Source: a virus (Duplodnaviria; Caudoviricetes). From it: 64,000 bases of DNA. Every line of letters begins with the position of its first letter. Within the stretch, counting starts at the first letter, position 1. The stretch lies in IMG/VR virus record IMGVR_UViG_3300009431_000002, positions 137,922 to 201,921 of that record, one strand, 5' to 3'. Of the stretch, positions 10,701 to 17,269 are shown one piece after another. The notes below the pieces were generated by a model. That model saw nothing but the letters and a program-made list of their open reading frames with translations, was not told the origin of the DNA and did not search any database. The position numbers and the translations under genes are program-made.

Positions 10701-10890
10701 CCCAAGTCCTGCCCTTGAGCTTCGCGTCCTGCTGGGACCGGATGTCGTCGATGCCCTTCTTGTCGTCGACCCAGACCCGGTGGAGCTCCAGCCGGTTCTC
10801 TCGCCCCTCGAAGGGGAACATCGACGAGATGGCGTCGCTGACACGGTCTTTGAGGGCACCGTAGGAACCCTCTGGGTTCAGTGTCGCCAT
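4744..10890 (-). CDS. rpoBC: DNA-directed RNA polymerase, fused beta-beta' single polypeptide, 2048 aa
   Basis: Beta motifs QLSQ..DQ.NPL, TPEG, GYNFED, GDKLVGRHGNKG (8554-8589); beta' catalytic NADFDGD (6781-6801), bridge helix RKGMIQKTKETAKPG, trigger loop GEPATQLSMRAFH; junction VLGVDVKK-QG-STLNLAP near 7915-7926 with no stop. Confidence 0.97.
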   Translation of the reverse strand: MATLNPEGSYGALKDRVSDAISSMFPFEGRENRLELHRVWVDDKKGIDDIRSQQDAKLKGRTWADPVMADVSLVNKETGKVISRKSMRVGNLPRVTKRHSYIVDGKEYQVDNQFRLKAGVYHRVSAKGELESQWNMAKGKNFRLRFHPEDRRFLVRYGNSHIPLYPMLKVLGVDDDTIERELGRGILNQGKKEKHDVAMRAFYKASTGKQAPSIEDAERHLRDEFGTTVLRPDSTKITLGKAYDKVSGPSLLASAHKLARISRGEDTPDAREHLFYKDALSVDDFVAERLTRGRWDLQRKMENNIDRKADVREVVTPGLFDKPIKTFFTQTQLSQMPDQVNPLEFISGQSKTTIMGEGGVKSTHTLTDADQLIDPTHLGFLDPIHTPEGDRTGITLQLPLGVSRKGKTLYIQAYNTKTGRREKIDPHKAHRSTVAFPDQYKKVKNRLVPIGKEVTVSGPGGEVMQVPASEVDYILPSAKGLFSMATNLVPFLQNNQGNRAMTASRQQEQAVPLVDRDEPLVQSKTEVRSTFEDVLGQFNSHESPVEGTVVSVRPGAIKIRSKAGKLEEVQLYDHFPLNEASSVLHSEPLVKKGDKVKRGQTVADTNFTREGKLALGKNLRVAYIPYRGYNFEDGIVVSESAAEKLKSQHMHRKSMRLTKNTVLDKKKFRAYAPPDRVQREVYDKLDDDGVIQVGQEVNEGDILVAALKKPEQTSERRMRARLHKSLVRDMDPKPIVWDKDTKGRVVRVVKRGKDVSVHVATEEPARVGDKLVGRHGNKGIVTAVLPDHEMPRASGEEGAPVEVLLNPAGIPGRINLGQVLETMAGKIARKRGKRYVTNNFGGANRNYAKEMKAELAKEGLSDTEELVDPKSGQSLGPILTGDQYILKLKHQIDKKSHARAGGAGYAYSVNEVPKGGGAHGAQAMDALGMYAMLAHGAKANIREMATYKSQKNPELWMALQTGEQLPPPSTSFAFDKFNGYLNVLGVDVKKQGSTLNLAPLTDEQILRMSSGELKDPGLMFRGKDLKPERGGLFDPYATGGVDGKRWSHIRLAEPMPNPVFEKAILTFTGLKNKDYQAVIAGEKTLDGKTGPEAIRARLAAIDPRQQLETLRRQAETTKAVSTMAKLRKQIRFLEALVANDLTPDQAYFTSVVPVMPPVMRPVSVMESGKLNDSDINGLYKSLGITNIQLRDYDPGLGEKTKSKLTAELYDGLRALMMTGSTINGRKHRGVMETMKGVPQPKDSFFQKNLVSRRQDLSMRSTIIPEPDMGLDEVGIPYKLAKETYKPFVVRKLVREQGYVPAEAQHLVRTNSKVARHALERVMEERPVLLKRDPVLHKFGVMAFKPKLVGGKAIRIHPLVTSGYNADFDGDQMSAYVPLAKEAVEEARKLFPSNNLFNTTTGRVMYSPGHEAQLGLYRLTEWGKKTSHRFDSPAQVAAKARKLGLGMTDVVSVKGRETTLGRILLDRVLPEGMRGDAQLLHSKDFRMSKGPTKDLLTRMAKEHSADFGDVVNDLKDMGNDYAYESGASFTLDDFQAQQAVRDRALAGVHKAAKRIQKMKSLTQEEKDQRLVDLYSKATEDLSRAIRPKLERQGNHALEMVNAGARGNWDQVRQILIAPMLVKDAADRIVPVPITKSYAEGLDSASYFTAMHGARKGMIQKTKETAKPGALTKDVVNSAMNLVVVDGDAPDDADDGISADPEDREVIGRYLARPVKLRGGDVLPRNTEVTDRVQTRMKNSGVRRVSIRSPLKSVAPKGLYARDYGNLPDGQLPDPGTNIGVIASQALGEPATQLSMRAFHEGGVAASKSGRSTDKFTRVQDLLRMPKVLADSATLATTTGTVERVEKDAEVGGLNIWVKGKRHYVPEHLVNEKIKLRKGVKVRKGDRLSGGPINPHEMLPLTNINTVRGYLADEVHKAYSDAGPVLRRNVETAVRAITDLGVVDDAGDTDLLPGDLVSTSNVGYHNKKRKKPVKFTPILRGVTQTPLDMQEDWMARLQYQKLKDTIVDGALRGWSSNIHGLHPIPALAYGSEFGQPEKGTPGTTEFRVGY

Positions 10891-10911
10891 GGAACGTCCA
10901 GTTGTGCCATC

Positions 10912-10940
10912 AGGCTACAGTGCAAGGGATGCTGTGGCAA
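10912..10940 (-). promoter_or_regulatory. sigma70-type promoter TTGCCA-N17-TAGCCT for the RNAP/virion operon
   Basis: -35 at 10935-10940 (5/6 match), -10 at 10912-10917 with T-12, A-11, T-7 kept, 17-nt spacer, 21 nt before the rpoBC ATG. Confidence 0.6.
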
Positions 10941-10950
10941 CGGGTACAAG
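10919..10950 (+). promoter_or_regulatory. Putative phage-sigma promoter AGTGCAA-N17-GGTACAAG
   Basis: Same bipartite motif as 17269-17299; lies 29 nt upstream of the first gene of a plus-strand operon. Confidence 0.6.
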
Positions 10951-10979
10951 TAGAGTAACCAACAGAGGAGGTCTGCTGC

Positions 10980-11186
10980 ATGATTGAAATCGTACCCACC
11001 GAAGACCACACCCTCGACGATCTGGACGACGAGCCCATCGTGCTCGCCGGCCCGGGCGATGACGAGGATGACAACGATGACGAAGAGGAGGACAATGAGG
11101 AGGAGGTCGACGAGGACCGGGAGGACCGGACGAGTCCAGAGATCCTCGACGACGCCGTCGATGAGGCGATCTACGGCGAGGAGTAG
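10980..11186 (+). CDS. Small highly acidic protein, 68 aa
   Basis: SD GGAGG 8 nt upstream; Asp/Glu-rich; first gene after the putative phage promoter. Confidence 0.7.
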   Translation: MIEIVPTEDHTLDDLDDEPIVLAGPGDDEDDNDDEEEDNEEEVDEDREDRTSPEILDDAVDEAIYGEE

Positions 11187-11188
11187 CC

Positions 11189-11290
11189 ATGTTCTGGACG
11201 CTGGTGGGCGTCGGCCTGTTCCTGGGGCTGATGCTGTACATGAGACATTCGAGCGGGGACTTCGTGGCCTCGATGACCCGCTCGACCTGA
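11189..11290 (+). CDS. 33-aa single-pass membrane peptide (MFWTLVGVGLFLGLMLYMR...)
   Basis: Hand translation; SD GAGGAG; GC3-rich codons; hydrophobic N-terminal 17 residues. Confidence 0.55.
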   Translation: MFWTLVGVGLFLGLMLYMRHSSGDFVASMTRST

Positions 11291-11709
11291 CCGCCGACGA
11301 CGCGGCGCCCGACGCTACGTTCGCACTGGCGTACTGCACCCTGCTCGCCCACGACATCATCGCTGAGGCGTTGGACGGGGACCCCGAGGACTGGCCCGAC
11401 TACATCCAGCTGTGCTGCGACGAAGTGAACTGCGCCGAGTGCGCGCTCCTCGCCGGCTTCCTGGAGGGTTCCGAGTTCTCGTGGGTCTGCGCCACCTGCG
11501 CCACCGCCTTCCCACACCACATCGGCTTCTGGATCTCGGGGACCTGCGACGCCTGCGACGGCGTCGTCACAACAGGTACACGCCGCTCCCCCGTCGTCAC
11601 GACCGACGACGACCACGCCGAGTCCTGCGTCCTTCAACTGATCGAGGAGCAGCCGGTCCTCCGCGACCGGCTCCGCCGGATGCAAGCACTGGTGGAGCGG
11701 CATGCGTAG
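11287..11709 (+). CDS. Cys-rich hypothetical protein (start uncertain)
   Basis: Coding-like part of track ORF 10984-11709; CCDEVNCAEC, CATC, CDAC motifs; no ATG/GTG where the coding signal begins, only a CTG overlapping the upstream TGA. Confidence 0.55.
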   Translation: MTADDAAPDATFALAYCTLLAHDIIAEALDGDPEDWPDYIQLCCDEVNCAECALLAGFLEGSEFSWVCATCATAFPHHIGFWISGTCDACDGVVTTGTRRSPVVTTDDDHAESCVLQLIEEQPVLRDRLRRMQALVERHA

Positions 11710-12007
11710 GGCGCTACGATTCAGCGACCTCACGCGCCGCGCCAAGGAGGACCGAGAGGAGGCCCTCCGCCAGGACGACGCCGGCGAACCACGAGTCATC
11801 TGCGACTACTGCGACCAGCCAATCGTGCCCGGAGAGGTCGGCTTCGCCATCCAGCAATTCGAGGTGGTGGTGAGCAACAAGTCCGGGCGCGACGTCTACC
11901 AGGACATCCACATGGAGGACGGGTCCTCCGAGAAGTGCTACCACTTCACGTGTCTCGCCGAGCACATCACCCAGCCGTGCATCATCGGAGCCGAGCATGA
12001 AATGTGA
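11702..12007 (+). CDS. Zn-finger protein (C-x2-C...H-x2-C), 101 aa
   Basis: CDYCD...YHFTCL; paralog of next gene. Confidence 0.7.
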   Translation: MRRALRFSDLTRRAKEDREEALRQDDAGEPRVICDYCDQPIVPGEVGFAIQQFEVVVSNKSGRDVYQDIHMEDGSSEKCYHFTCLAEHITQPCIIGAEHEM

Positions 12008-12266
12008 CTGGTGCGACTGCGAGTTCGAGCCCGATGAGGAGGCCATGCTGGTCATCGAGGGGCAGATGACCCTCTCCCCCAAGTCCGAGCGCCTGGTGCT
12101 GGGCAAGGAGATGACCCCCAAGTACTTCCACAAGGCCTGCCTCTACGAGGTGGCCATGCACGCGATGGAGCTCGACGACGAGTACCTCGCCCAGGTCGGC
12201 GCCAACGTGCGCGAGATGCTGGAGGAGGAACTGCGCGAGAAGATCTACGACGAGCTGACTGCCTGA
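11997..12266 (+). CDS. Zn-finger protein (C-x2-C...H-x2-C), 89 aa
   Basis: CDWCD...FHKACL; paralog of previous gene; last gene before terminator. Confidence 0.7.
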   Translation: MKCDWCDCEFEPDEEAMLVIEGQMTLSPKSERLVLGKEMTPKYFHKACLYEVAMHAMELDDEYLAQVGANVREMLEEELREKIYDELTA

Positions 12267-12281
12267 CGACACAGTGTCGTC
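12265..12281. repeat. Dispersed palindrome copy 1 (GACGACAC-A-GTGTCGTC)
   Basis: Perfect 8-bp arms with 1-nt centre; core CGACACWGTGTCG at 12267-12279. Confidence 0.85.
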
Positions 12282-12287
12282 GACGCC

Positions 12288-12311
12288 GAGTGGGGGCCGC
12301 CCCACTCTTTT
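12288..12311 (+). terminator. Intrinsic terminator GAGTGGGG-GCCG-CCCCACTC-TTTT
   Basis: 8-bp perfect stem, 4-nt loop, T-tract, at a convergent junction. Confidence 0.8.
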
Positions 12312-12320
12312 AGATCGGGA

Positions 12321-14318
12321 TCAGACGACCGCCCGCTCGAGGGGCCGGCGCGGGGGCTTCTGCTCGGGGAGGGGCTGCTGAAGCGGATTCAGCGTGTCTC
12401 GCTGGCCTCCATCGCCCTCGCTCAGCAGGGCCTGGACCATGCGGTAGATGTCGGGGCTGCCCATCCGCAGCTTCTGCATGGCCTGCGGGAACATGGCCGG
12501 CTGCTCGTCCTGGATCCGGCGCATCTCCGTGGCGATGCGTCGCGCGACGAAGCGGACGTCGACCATCTCGTTGCCGCCGGTCATCTGCCCCATGTGCATG
12601 GGGGACTGGACCTCCTGCGGGAGGTTGTCGACGTACACGGCCGCGCCGTCCGGCACACCCGGACCGATCTGCTCGCCGCGCATGACCGATGGCTGGGTCT
12701 GCGGCAGCTCGGCGTAGGACGGCGGGGACTCCGGCGGCTGCTGCATCTGCATCTGCATGTGCTGGGCCTGGATCTCGTAGCGGAGGGCCGCCAGCTGGGC
12801 CTCCCCCTGCGCCGCGGCCTGGGCCACCACCATCTCGCGGTTGGCTGCCACCTGCTTGACCAGCTCCTGCTTCTTCCGCTTCTCCTCGGTCTCCAAGTCC
12901 TCGCCGAGCTCGCGGAGGAACGTGGTGTCGGAGATCTTCATGGCCTGGTTCGCCTGGAAGTAGACCATCAGCCTCTGCAGGTCGTCGGCCATCTTGAACC
13001 GCTCGAACCGGATGGGCACCCTCGGCCAGCCGAGGAACTCGCAGATGCGGCCCATGACGAAGTCGCCAACCAGCCGGAGTTGGTCGTCGCGGTACCCACT
13101 GAACTGGTTCTCGAGGATGCGCATCGACACGTTGGTGCCGGTGTACTGCATGCCACCGAAGATGAACTCGATGGGCACGTTCATGCCCGCGATGATCTGC
13201 TCGCTCCAGACCCGCAGCTCCTGGTGGAGGATGAGCGCCCGTCCCTGGCCGCCGATCATCTCGTGGCCGAGTGGGATGGGCATCAGCGGGATGTAGTTGG
13301 GGTCCTGGCGCCAGCGAGCGATCTCCTCCTGGACCTGGTCCTTCCACTCCCCGAGGTTGATCATCGTGATGGGGTCGCCGGTCTGCCCGTTGGCCTGCGG
13401 GTACAGCACGCGCAGCGGGACGATGTGCTCCTGGGCGATCATCTCCTGGCCCTTGCGCAGGACCTGCAGGTAGAAGATGTCCTTGAGCACGGGCAGGACC
13501 AGCGGCATGCCCCAGCCCTGGTCCTTCTGGGCGATGATGGGCCGCTTGAGGTGGAACAGCGTGCCCGGCGCGAACTTCACCGACTTCTTCTTCCGCATCG
13601 CCTCGATGAAGGTGTCGGGCACCGTCTCGATGACGTTGCGGCGGCCGATGGTGATGGCGTTCTTCAGCTTCTGCGGCAGCTTGTAGAAGTAGGTCGGGTC
13701 GGTGACGCCCTCGTTGTCGTCGATCTCCACCCGCTCCGGGTCCCACCGGACCAGCCGGATGCCCTTGGCCGTCCGCATGGCCTCGTCGTGGACCTCGGCC
13801 GGCCGGCGCTCCCCGCACTCGGGGCAGGTCAGGTAGTAGACCATCTCCTGGTAGCGGTAGTGCCTGCGGAGCTTGTCGATGGGCGCCTTGTGGCCGCAGT
13901 GACGGCACTTGAGGTGCTTGACGAAGGGGAAGTGCACCGTGACGAAGGCGTTGCCGTAGTTGTAGTAGTCCAGCCCCACCTCGATCTGGAACTTGCGGAC
14001 CTGGAGCTGGTCCTCGAAGAGGTGGCGGTACCGCTCTCGGACGTCCTTGTCGTCGGCCTCGTAGATGATCTTGGTGATGGGGTACTCGGCCAGCTTGTAC
14101 ACGACCGCGTTGATGAGCGGGTTCGTGAAGAAGAAGTACCGGCACCACTGCAGCATCTGCTTGAGGCGCGCGGGGAAGTACGTCTGGGCGGCGTCGAAGA
14201 ACGGGTTGGGGTACCGCACCCCGGTCCGCTGCATGCTCGAGCCGAGCGTGACGGGCGTGCGGGAGAAGCGGGTCAGCCCGTCACCGTAGGAGACGCCGGT
14301 GTACCCGAGGCCTGGCAT
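12321..14318 (-). CDS. Probable portal protein with Zn-ribbon insert, 665 aa
   Basis: Size, helical character and motifs reminiscent of portals (NPLINAVVYKLAEY, DYYNYGNAF, WGMPLVLPVL, IIAGMNVP); CRHC...CPEC insert; Gln/Pro-rich tail. Assignment is inference. Confidence 0.6.
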   Translation of the reverse strand: MPGLGYTGVSYGDGLTRFSRTPVTLGSSMQRTGVRYPNPFFDAAQTYFPARLKQMLQWCRYFFFTNPLINAVVYKLAEYPITKIIYEADDKDVRERYRHLFEDQLQVRKFQIEVGLDYYNYGNAFVTVHFPFVKHLKCRHCGHKAPIDKLRRHYRYQEMVYYLTCPECGERRPAEVHDEAMRTAKGIRLVRWDPERVEIDDNEGVTDPTYFYKLPQKLKNAITIGRRNVIETVPDTFIEAMRKKKSVKFAPGTLFHLKRPIIAQKDQGWGMPLVLPVLKDIFYLQVLRKGQEMIAQEHIVPLRVLYPQANGQTGDPITMINLGEWKDQVQEEIARWRQDPNYIPLMPIPLGHEMIGGQGRALILHQELRVWSEQIIAGMNVPIEFIFGGMQYTGTNVSMRILENQFSGYRDDQLRLVGDFVMGRICEFLGWPRVPIRFERFKMADDLQRLMVYFQANQAMKISDTTFLRELGEDLETEEKRKKQELVKQVAANREMVVAQAAAQGEAQLAALRYEIQAQHMQMQMQQPPESPPSYAELPQTQPSVMRGEQIGPGVPDGAAVYVDNLPQEVQSPMHMGQMTGGNEMVDVRFVARRIATEMRRIQDEQPAMFPQAMQKLRMGSPDIYRMVQALLSEGDGGQRDTLNPLQQPLPEQKPPRRPLERAVV

Positions 14319-15257
14319 CTACGCCCTCCTCTCGGCCGAAGGCGCGAAGAGCGTGGTGCTGGGCGTCGTCGCCCCCGAGGGCGTGGGCGGCGGCCGCAGG
14401 GACTGCTGCCTGCGCTTGTGGTAGCCCAGCAGCTTGTCGATGCCCTTGCCCAGCGTGCCCATCGACCTGGAGCCGACCTCCCAGCCCGCGATGGATCCCC
14501 CGAAGCCGGTGGGCATCCCCGCGACCATGCCGGCGTGACCGCCGAGGTGCTGCAGCGCTCGTTCTGCGTGGCCCCGCGGCTTCCCGCCACCGAAGGCGTG
14601 CGGGTCGTCGCGCTTGACGATGTGAGGGGAGAAGGCTCCGCCGAAGCCCGCCAGCATGGACTTGCCTCCCACCGGCGCGTACTTGGTCAGCTCGCCGGAC
14701 CCAGTCCAGCCGCGGCGCGACAGCTCCTCAGCCAGCTCACGAGGCCGGGTCGCCACGTCACGGAGCCGCTGCGACTCGTCGAAGAGGTGACTCGTCTCGG
14801 CGTGGGGCCGCACGGCCTTGGCTTGCTCCCCCATCGCGCGCCGAGTGCCCGAGCCGCCGGCCCACTCCGGTGCGTACCACCTGTAGGCGCCCTCGGCCTT
14901 CCGGGTCTCCTTCATACCCTCCTGCAGCGCCTTGTGCGCGGCGGGGTCACCCCTGACGGCCTGCATGATGTCCTCGGGCAGGCCCTTGGTCTTGGCGTAG
15001 CTGGCCCAGTCGTCGAACCCGGCCCGGCGGGCCTCGAGCATCAGCCGCTGCGTGGCCCCCTCCACCGGGCTGAGGTGCTCCCAGCCCCGACGAAGGATCT
15101 GTCCCGTGCGGCGCGGGTCGAAGGTCTTGGCGGCGGTGGCGGTGCCGTGCGCCGCGGAGGTGAGCTGGTTGAGGAGGAAGCGAAGCGGGTTGGCCTGCTT
15201 CTCCAGCTCGTCCTCGAACGCATCCAGTCGAGCTGGCGTCAGGGCGCGAGAAGCCAT
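14319..15257 (-). CDS. Putative internal virion protein with FEDELEKQA leader, 312 aa
   Basis: Start revised to ATG at 15257 (SD GGAG); no Cys; Gly/Ala-rich amphipathic segments near the C-terminus. Confidence 0.65.
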   Translation of the reverse strand: MASRALTPARLDAFEDELEKQANPLRFLLNQLTSAAHGTATAAKTFDPRRTGQILRRGWEHLSPVEGATQRLMLEARRAGFDDWASYAKTKGLPEDIMQAVRGDPAAHKALQEGMKETRKAEGAYRWYAPEWAGGSGTRRAMGEQAKAVRPHAETSHLFDESQRLRDVATRPRELAEELSRRGWTGSGELTKYAPVGGKSMLAGFGGAFSPHIVKRDDPHAFGGGKPRGHAERALQHLGGHAGMVAGMPTGFGGSIAGWEVGSRSMGTLGKGIDKLLGYHKRRQQSLRPPPTPSGATTPSTTLFAPSAERRA

Positions 15258-16126
15258 GGCCGCATCATCTCCATCTGTTGGGCCAGCTGGCGCCGGCGCA
15301 GCTTCATGTACTCCCGCGCCCGCAACACTCTGGCCACGCATCGATCCACCTGGGTCTCCCCCAGATCTACTTGGTCCAGGCCCTTACCGGCAACTGATTC
15401 GTACCGCTCCTTGACCGGCCGGTAGTCGTTGATGAAGTAGCGCTCGACCTTCCCGTGCCCCAGCTTCTTCGCCGGCGAGTCCGCCGTGGGCTTGCCATCG
15501 AGGTTGTGCTCACCTCGGAAGCGCTTGGCGCAGACGTCACACGTGTCGTCCTCGAGGTCGTCCTCGTCCTCGTTGCCGCAGCTGGTACACCTGTACATCG
15601 GCCGCGCGGCCAGCCGCTGTGCGAAGTCCAACGGCGGCGGGAGGAACCACACGCCGTCCGACAGCGCGGCCGCGGCGACGAACCGGGCCACCTCGTCCGA
15701 GAACTTCCGGCCGTCCACACTCTCCATCATGTCCACGCCGGCCGCCAGCGCGTCGAAGGAGGGCTGCTGGATGATGTCGAACCTCGGGATGTTGTTGTTC
15801 AGCGCCTGGATGGTGGGGACGAAGGCGTCCCAGCTGATCCAGCAGGCGTCCGTGGCGTGCAGCGTCTTCACCGCCATGATCTTGTTGCGGTTCAGCTCGC
15901 TGATCTCCAGCTGTCCACCGCCGAGCAGAGCCTGCCCGAAGTACCGCTTGATGCCGTCCCACACAGCCTCCGGCACCCACTCCCACCAGTCCTTCCCGAA
16001 GGCGGTGACGATGACGGCGTCGAGGACCAAGGGGTGTGCGTCGTGGTGGCGAAAGAGCGTGGCTGGCCGAATGTCGTCCGGCTGGGTGGTCAAAGCGGTG
16101 GCCGGGGACGCATCAGCCATGCGCAA
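15239..16126 (-). CDS. Hypothetical protein with Zn ribbon (CTSC...CDVC), 295 aa
   Basis: GC3-rich ORF overlapping both neighbours in the portal operon. Confidence 0.65.
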   Translation of the reverse strand: MRMADASPATALTTQPDDIRPATLFRHHDAHPLVLDAVIVTAFGKDWWEWVPEAVWDGIKRYFGQALLGGGQLEISELNRNKIMAVKTLHATDACWISWDAFVPTIQALNNNIPRFDIIQQPSFDALAAGVDMMESVDGRKFSDEVARFVAAAALSDGVWFLPPPLDFAQRLAARPMYRCTSCGNEDEDDLEDDTCDVCAKRFRGEHNLDGKPTADSPAKKLGHGKVERYFINDYRPVKERYESVAGKGLDQVDLGETQVDRCVARVLRAREYMKLRRRQLAQQMEMMRPWLLAP

Positions 16127-17207
16127 TCGTCTGCATGCCGACAGGGCTGTGGCCCGTGTCCGAGGCCAGCCGGGCGAGCGTGACCTTGTTGATGTCGGGC
16201 AGCGACTTGAACACGGAGACGGGGTCCTTGGCGAACTGCGTGGCGAAGTCGTCGCCGAAGTGGTCCTTGAGCAGCTGCCGATTGGCAGACAGGAGCCGCA
16301 GGTCGGCCTCGGTCACGCGCTCGGCGCCCTCCACCCACACGAAGTCCTCGGCGGTCTTCTCGAAGCAGGTGGAGACGGGGTCCAGCACGTGCTGGTCCCA
16401 GAGGTGGTCGAGGCCCGTCTGCTCGTCGAACAGCGTCAGGGCCGTGGCGAGCTTCTCGGGGTTGGCGCGTTCGTCGCCGGCGGACTTCACGAGGACGTCG
16501 AGCACCGGGTGCATGCTGGCCGGCACGTACTGGCGCCGCGCCTCGATGTACATACCGGCGTCGGGAGCGAGCGCGGTGCCGGCGTACTTCTCGATGTCGT
16601 GCGATGGCACGGGGATCCCCAGGTCGGCGGCGCGGGACGCCAGCTTCGTGGCGAACTCGCGGCGGTCGTTGGGATGGAAGCGCAGCATGTTCTCCCGGAA
16701 GAAGCCCATGCCGGCGGCGACCTCCTCGTAGGAGCGCAGCGGGTACTTGCCGAGGGCCACGCAGTCCGCTTCGGCCAGCTTCTCCTGCTCCATCACCGGC
16801 GCAGTGGCCAGCACGGAGTCCACGACCTCGGCCGTCTTCACGCCATCGGCGGTGAGGGCCAGCCCGATCTTCACCAGATCCAGCGGGACCTGCATCTGGT
16901 GGGCCTCGTGGGCGTCGATCAGGTTGTTCACGACCTGCAGCTGGGCCTCCTTGGACAGGTGGCCCCGCTGGGACAGGAAGTAATGGGCGGACATCCATGT
17001 ATTGCCGGGGTCGATGGTGGCATACTTGCAGAACAGGTTGCCGTCGACGGACGCGACGAGCGCGAAGTTCTTGGCCGGCAGAGCCTGACGCTCCTCGGGA
17101 GACAGGAAGGCTGCCGTCTTGGCCATGTCGGGGAGTTGGTCCTGGGGGACGGTACTGGCGAGCAGCGCCGCCTGGTCGTCATAGACGTCGAGGATCAATC
17201 CAGACAT
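16113..17207 (-). CDS. Probable head-assembly protein, K-x-A dense, 364 aa
   Basis: SD AGGAG; first gene of portal operon; 10 of 17 Lys are followed by x-Ala. Confidence 0.65.
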   Translation of the reverse strand: MSGLILDVYDDQAALLASTVPQDQLPDMAKTAAFLSPEERQALPAKNFALVASVDGNLFCKYATIDPGNTWMSAHYFLSQRGHLSKEAQLQVVNNLIDAHEAHQMQVPLDLVKIGLALTADGVKTAEVVDSVLATAPVMEQEKLAEADCVALGKYPLRSYEEVAAGMGFFRENMLRFHPNDRREFATKLASRAADLGIPVPSHDIEKYAGTALAPDAGMYIEARRQYVPASMHPVLDVLVKSAGDERANPEKLATALTLFDEQTGLDHLWDQHVLDPVSTCFEKTAEDFVWVEGAERVTEADLRLLSANRQLLKDHFGDDFATQFAKDPVSVFKSLPDINKVTLARLASDTGHSPVGMQTIAHG

Positions 17208-17239
17208 GGAGACTCCTGTGAATGAGGCGGTCCAGTGGA

Positions 17240-17269
17240 ATCGTAGGCCCCTGCGCGCACGCGAGTCAA
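17240..17269 (-). promoter_or_regulatory. sigma70-type promoter TTGACT-N18-TACGAT for the portal operon
   Basis: -35 at 17264-17269 (5/6), -10 at 17240-17245 (4/6), 32 nt upstream of ATG 17207. Confidence 0.7.

Noticed and set aside
4831-10953. 2040-aa plus-strand ORF opposite the RNAP gene
   Set aside because: Antisense shadow of a GC3-rich gene; no recognisable motifs, no SD, typical V/L/G/R-biased composition.
10951-10956. Plus-strand TAGAGT as a sigma70 -10 for the small early operon
   Set aside because: No -35 or extended -10; the motif shared with 17269-17299 explains the region better, though this remains a possible alternative.
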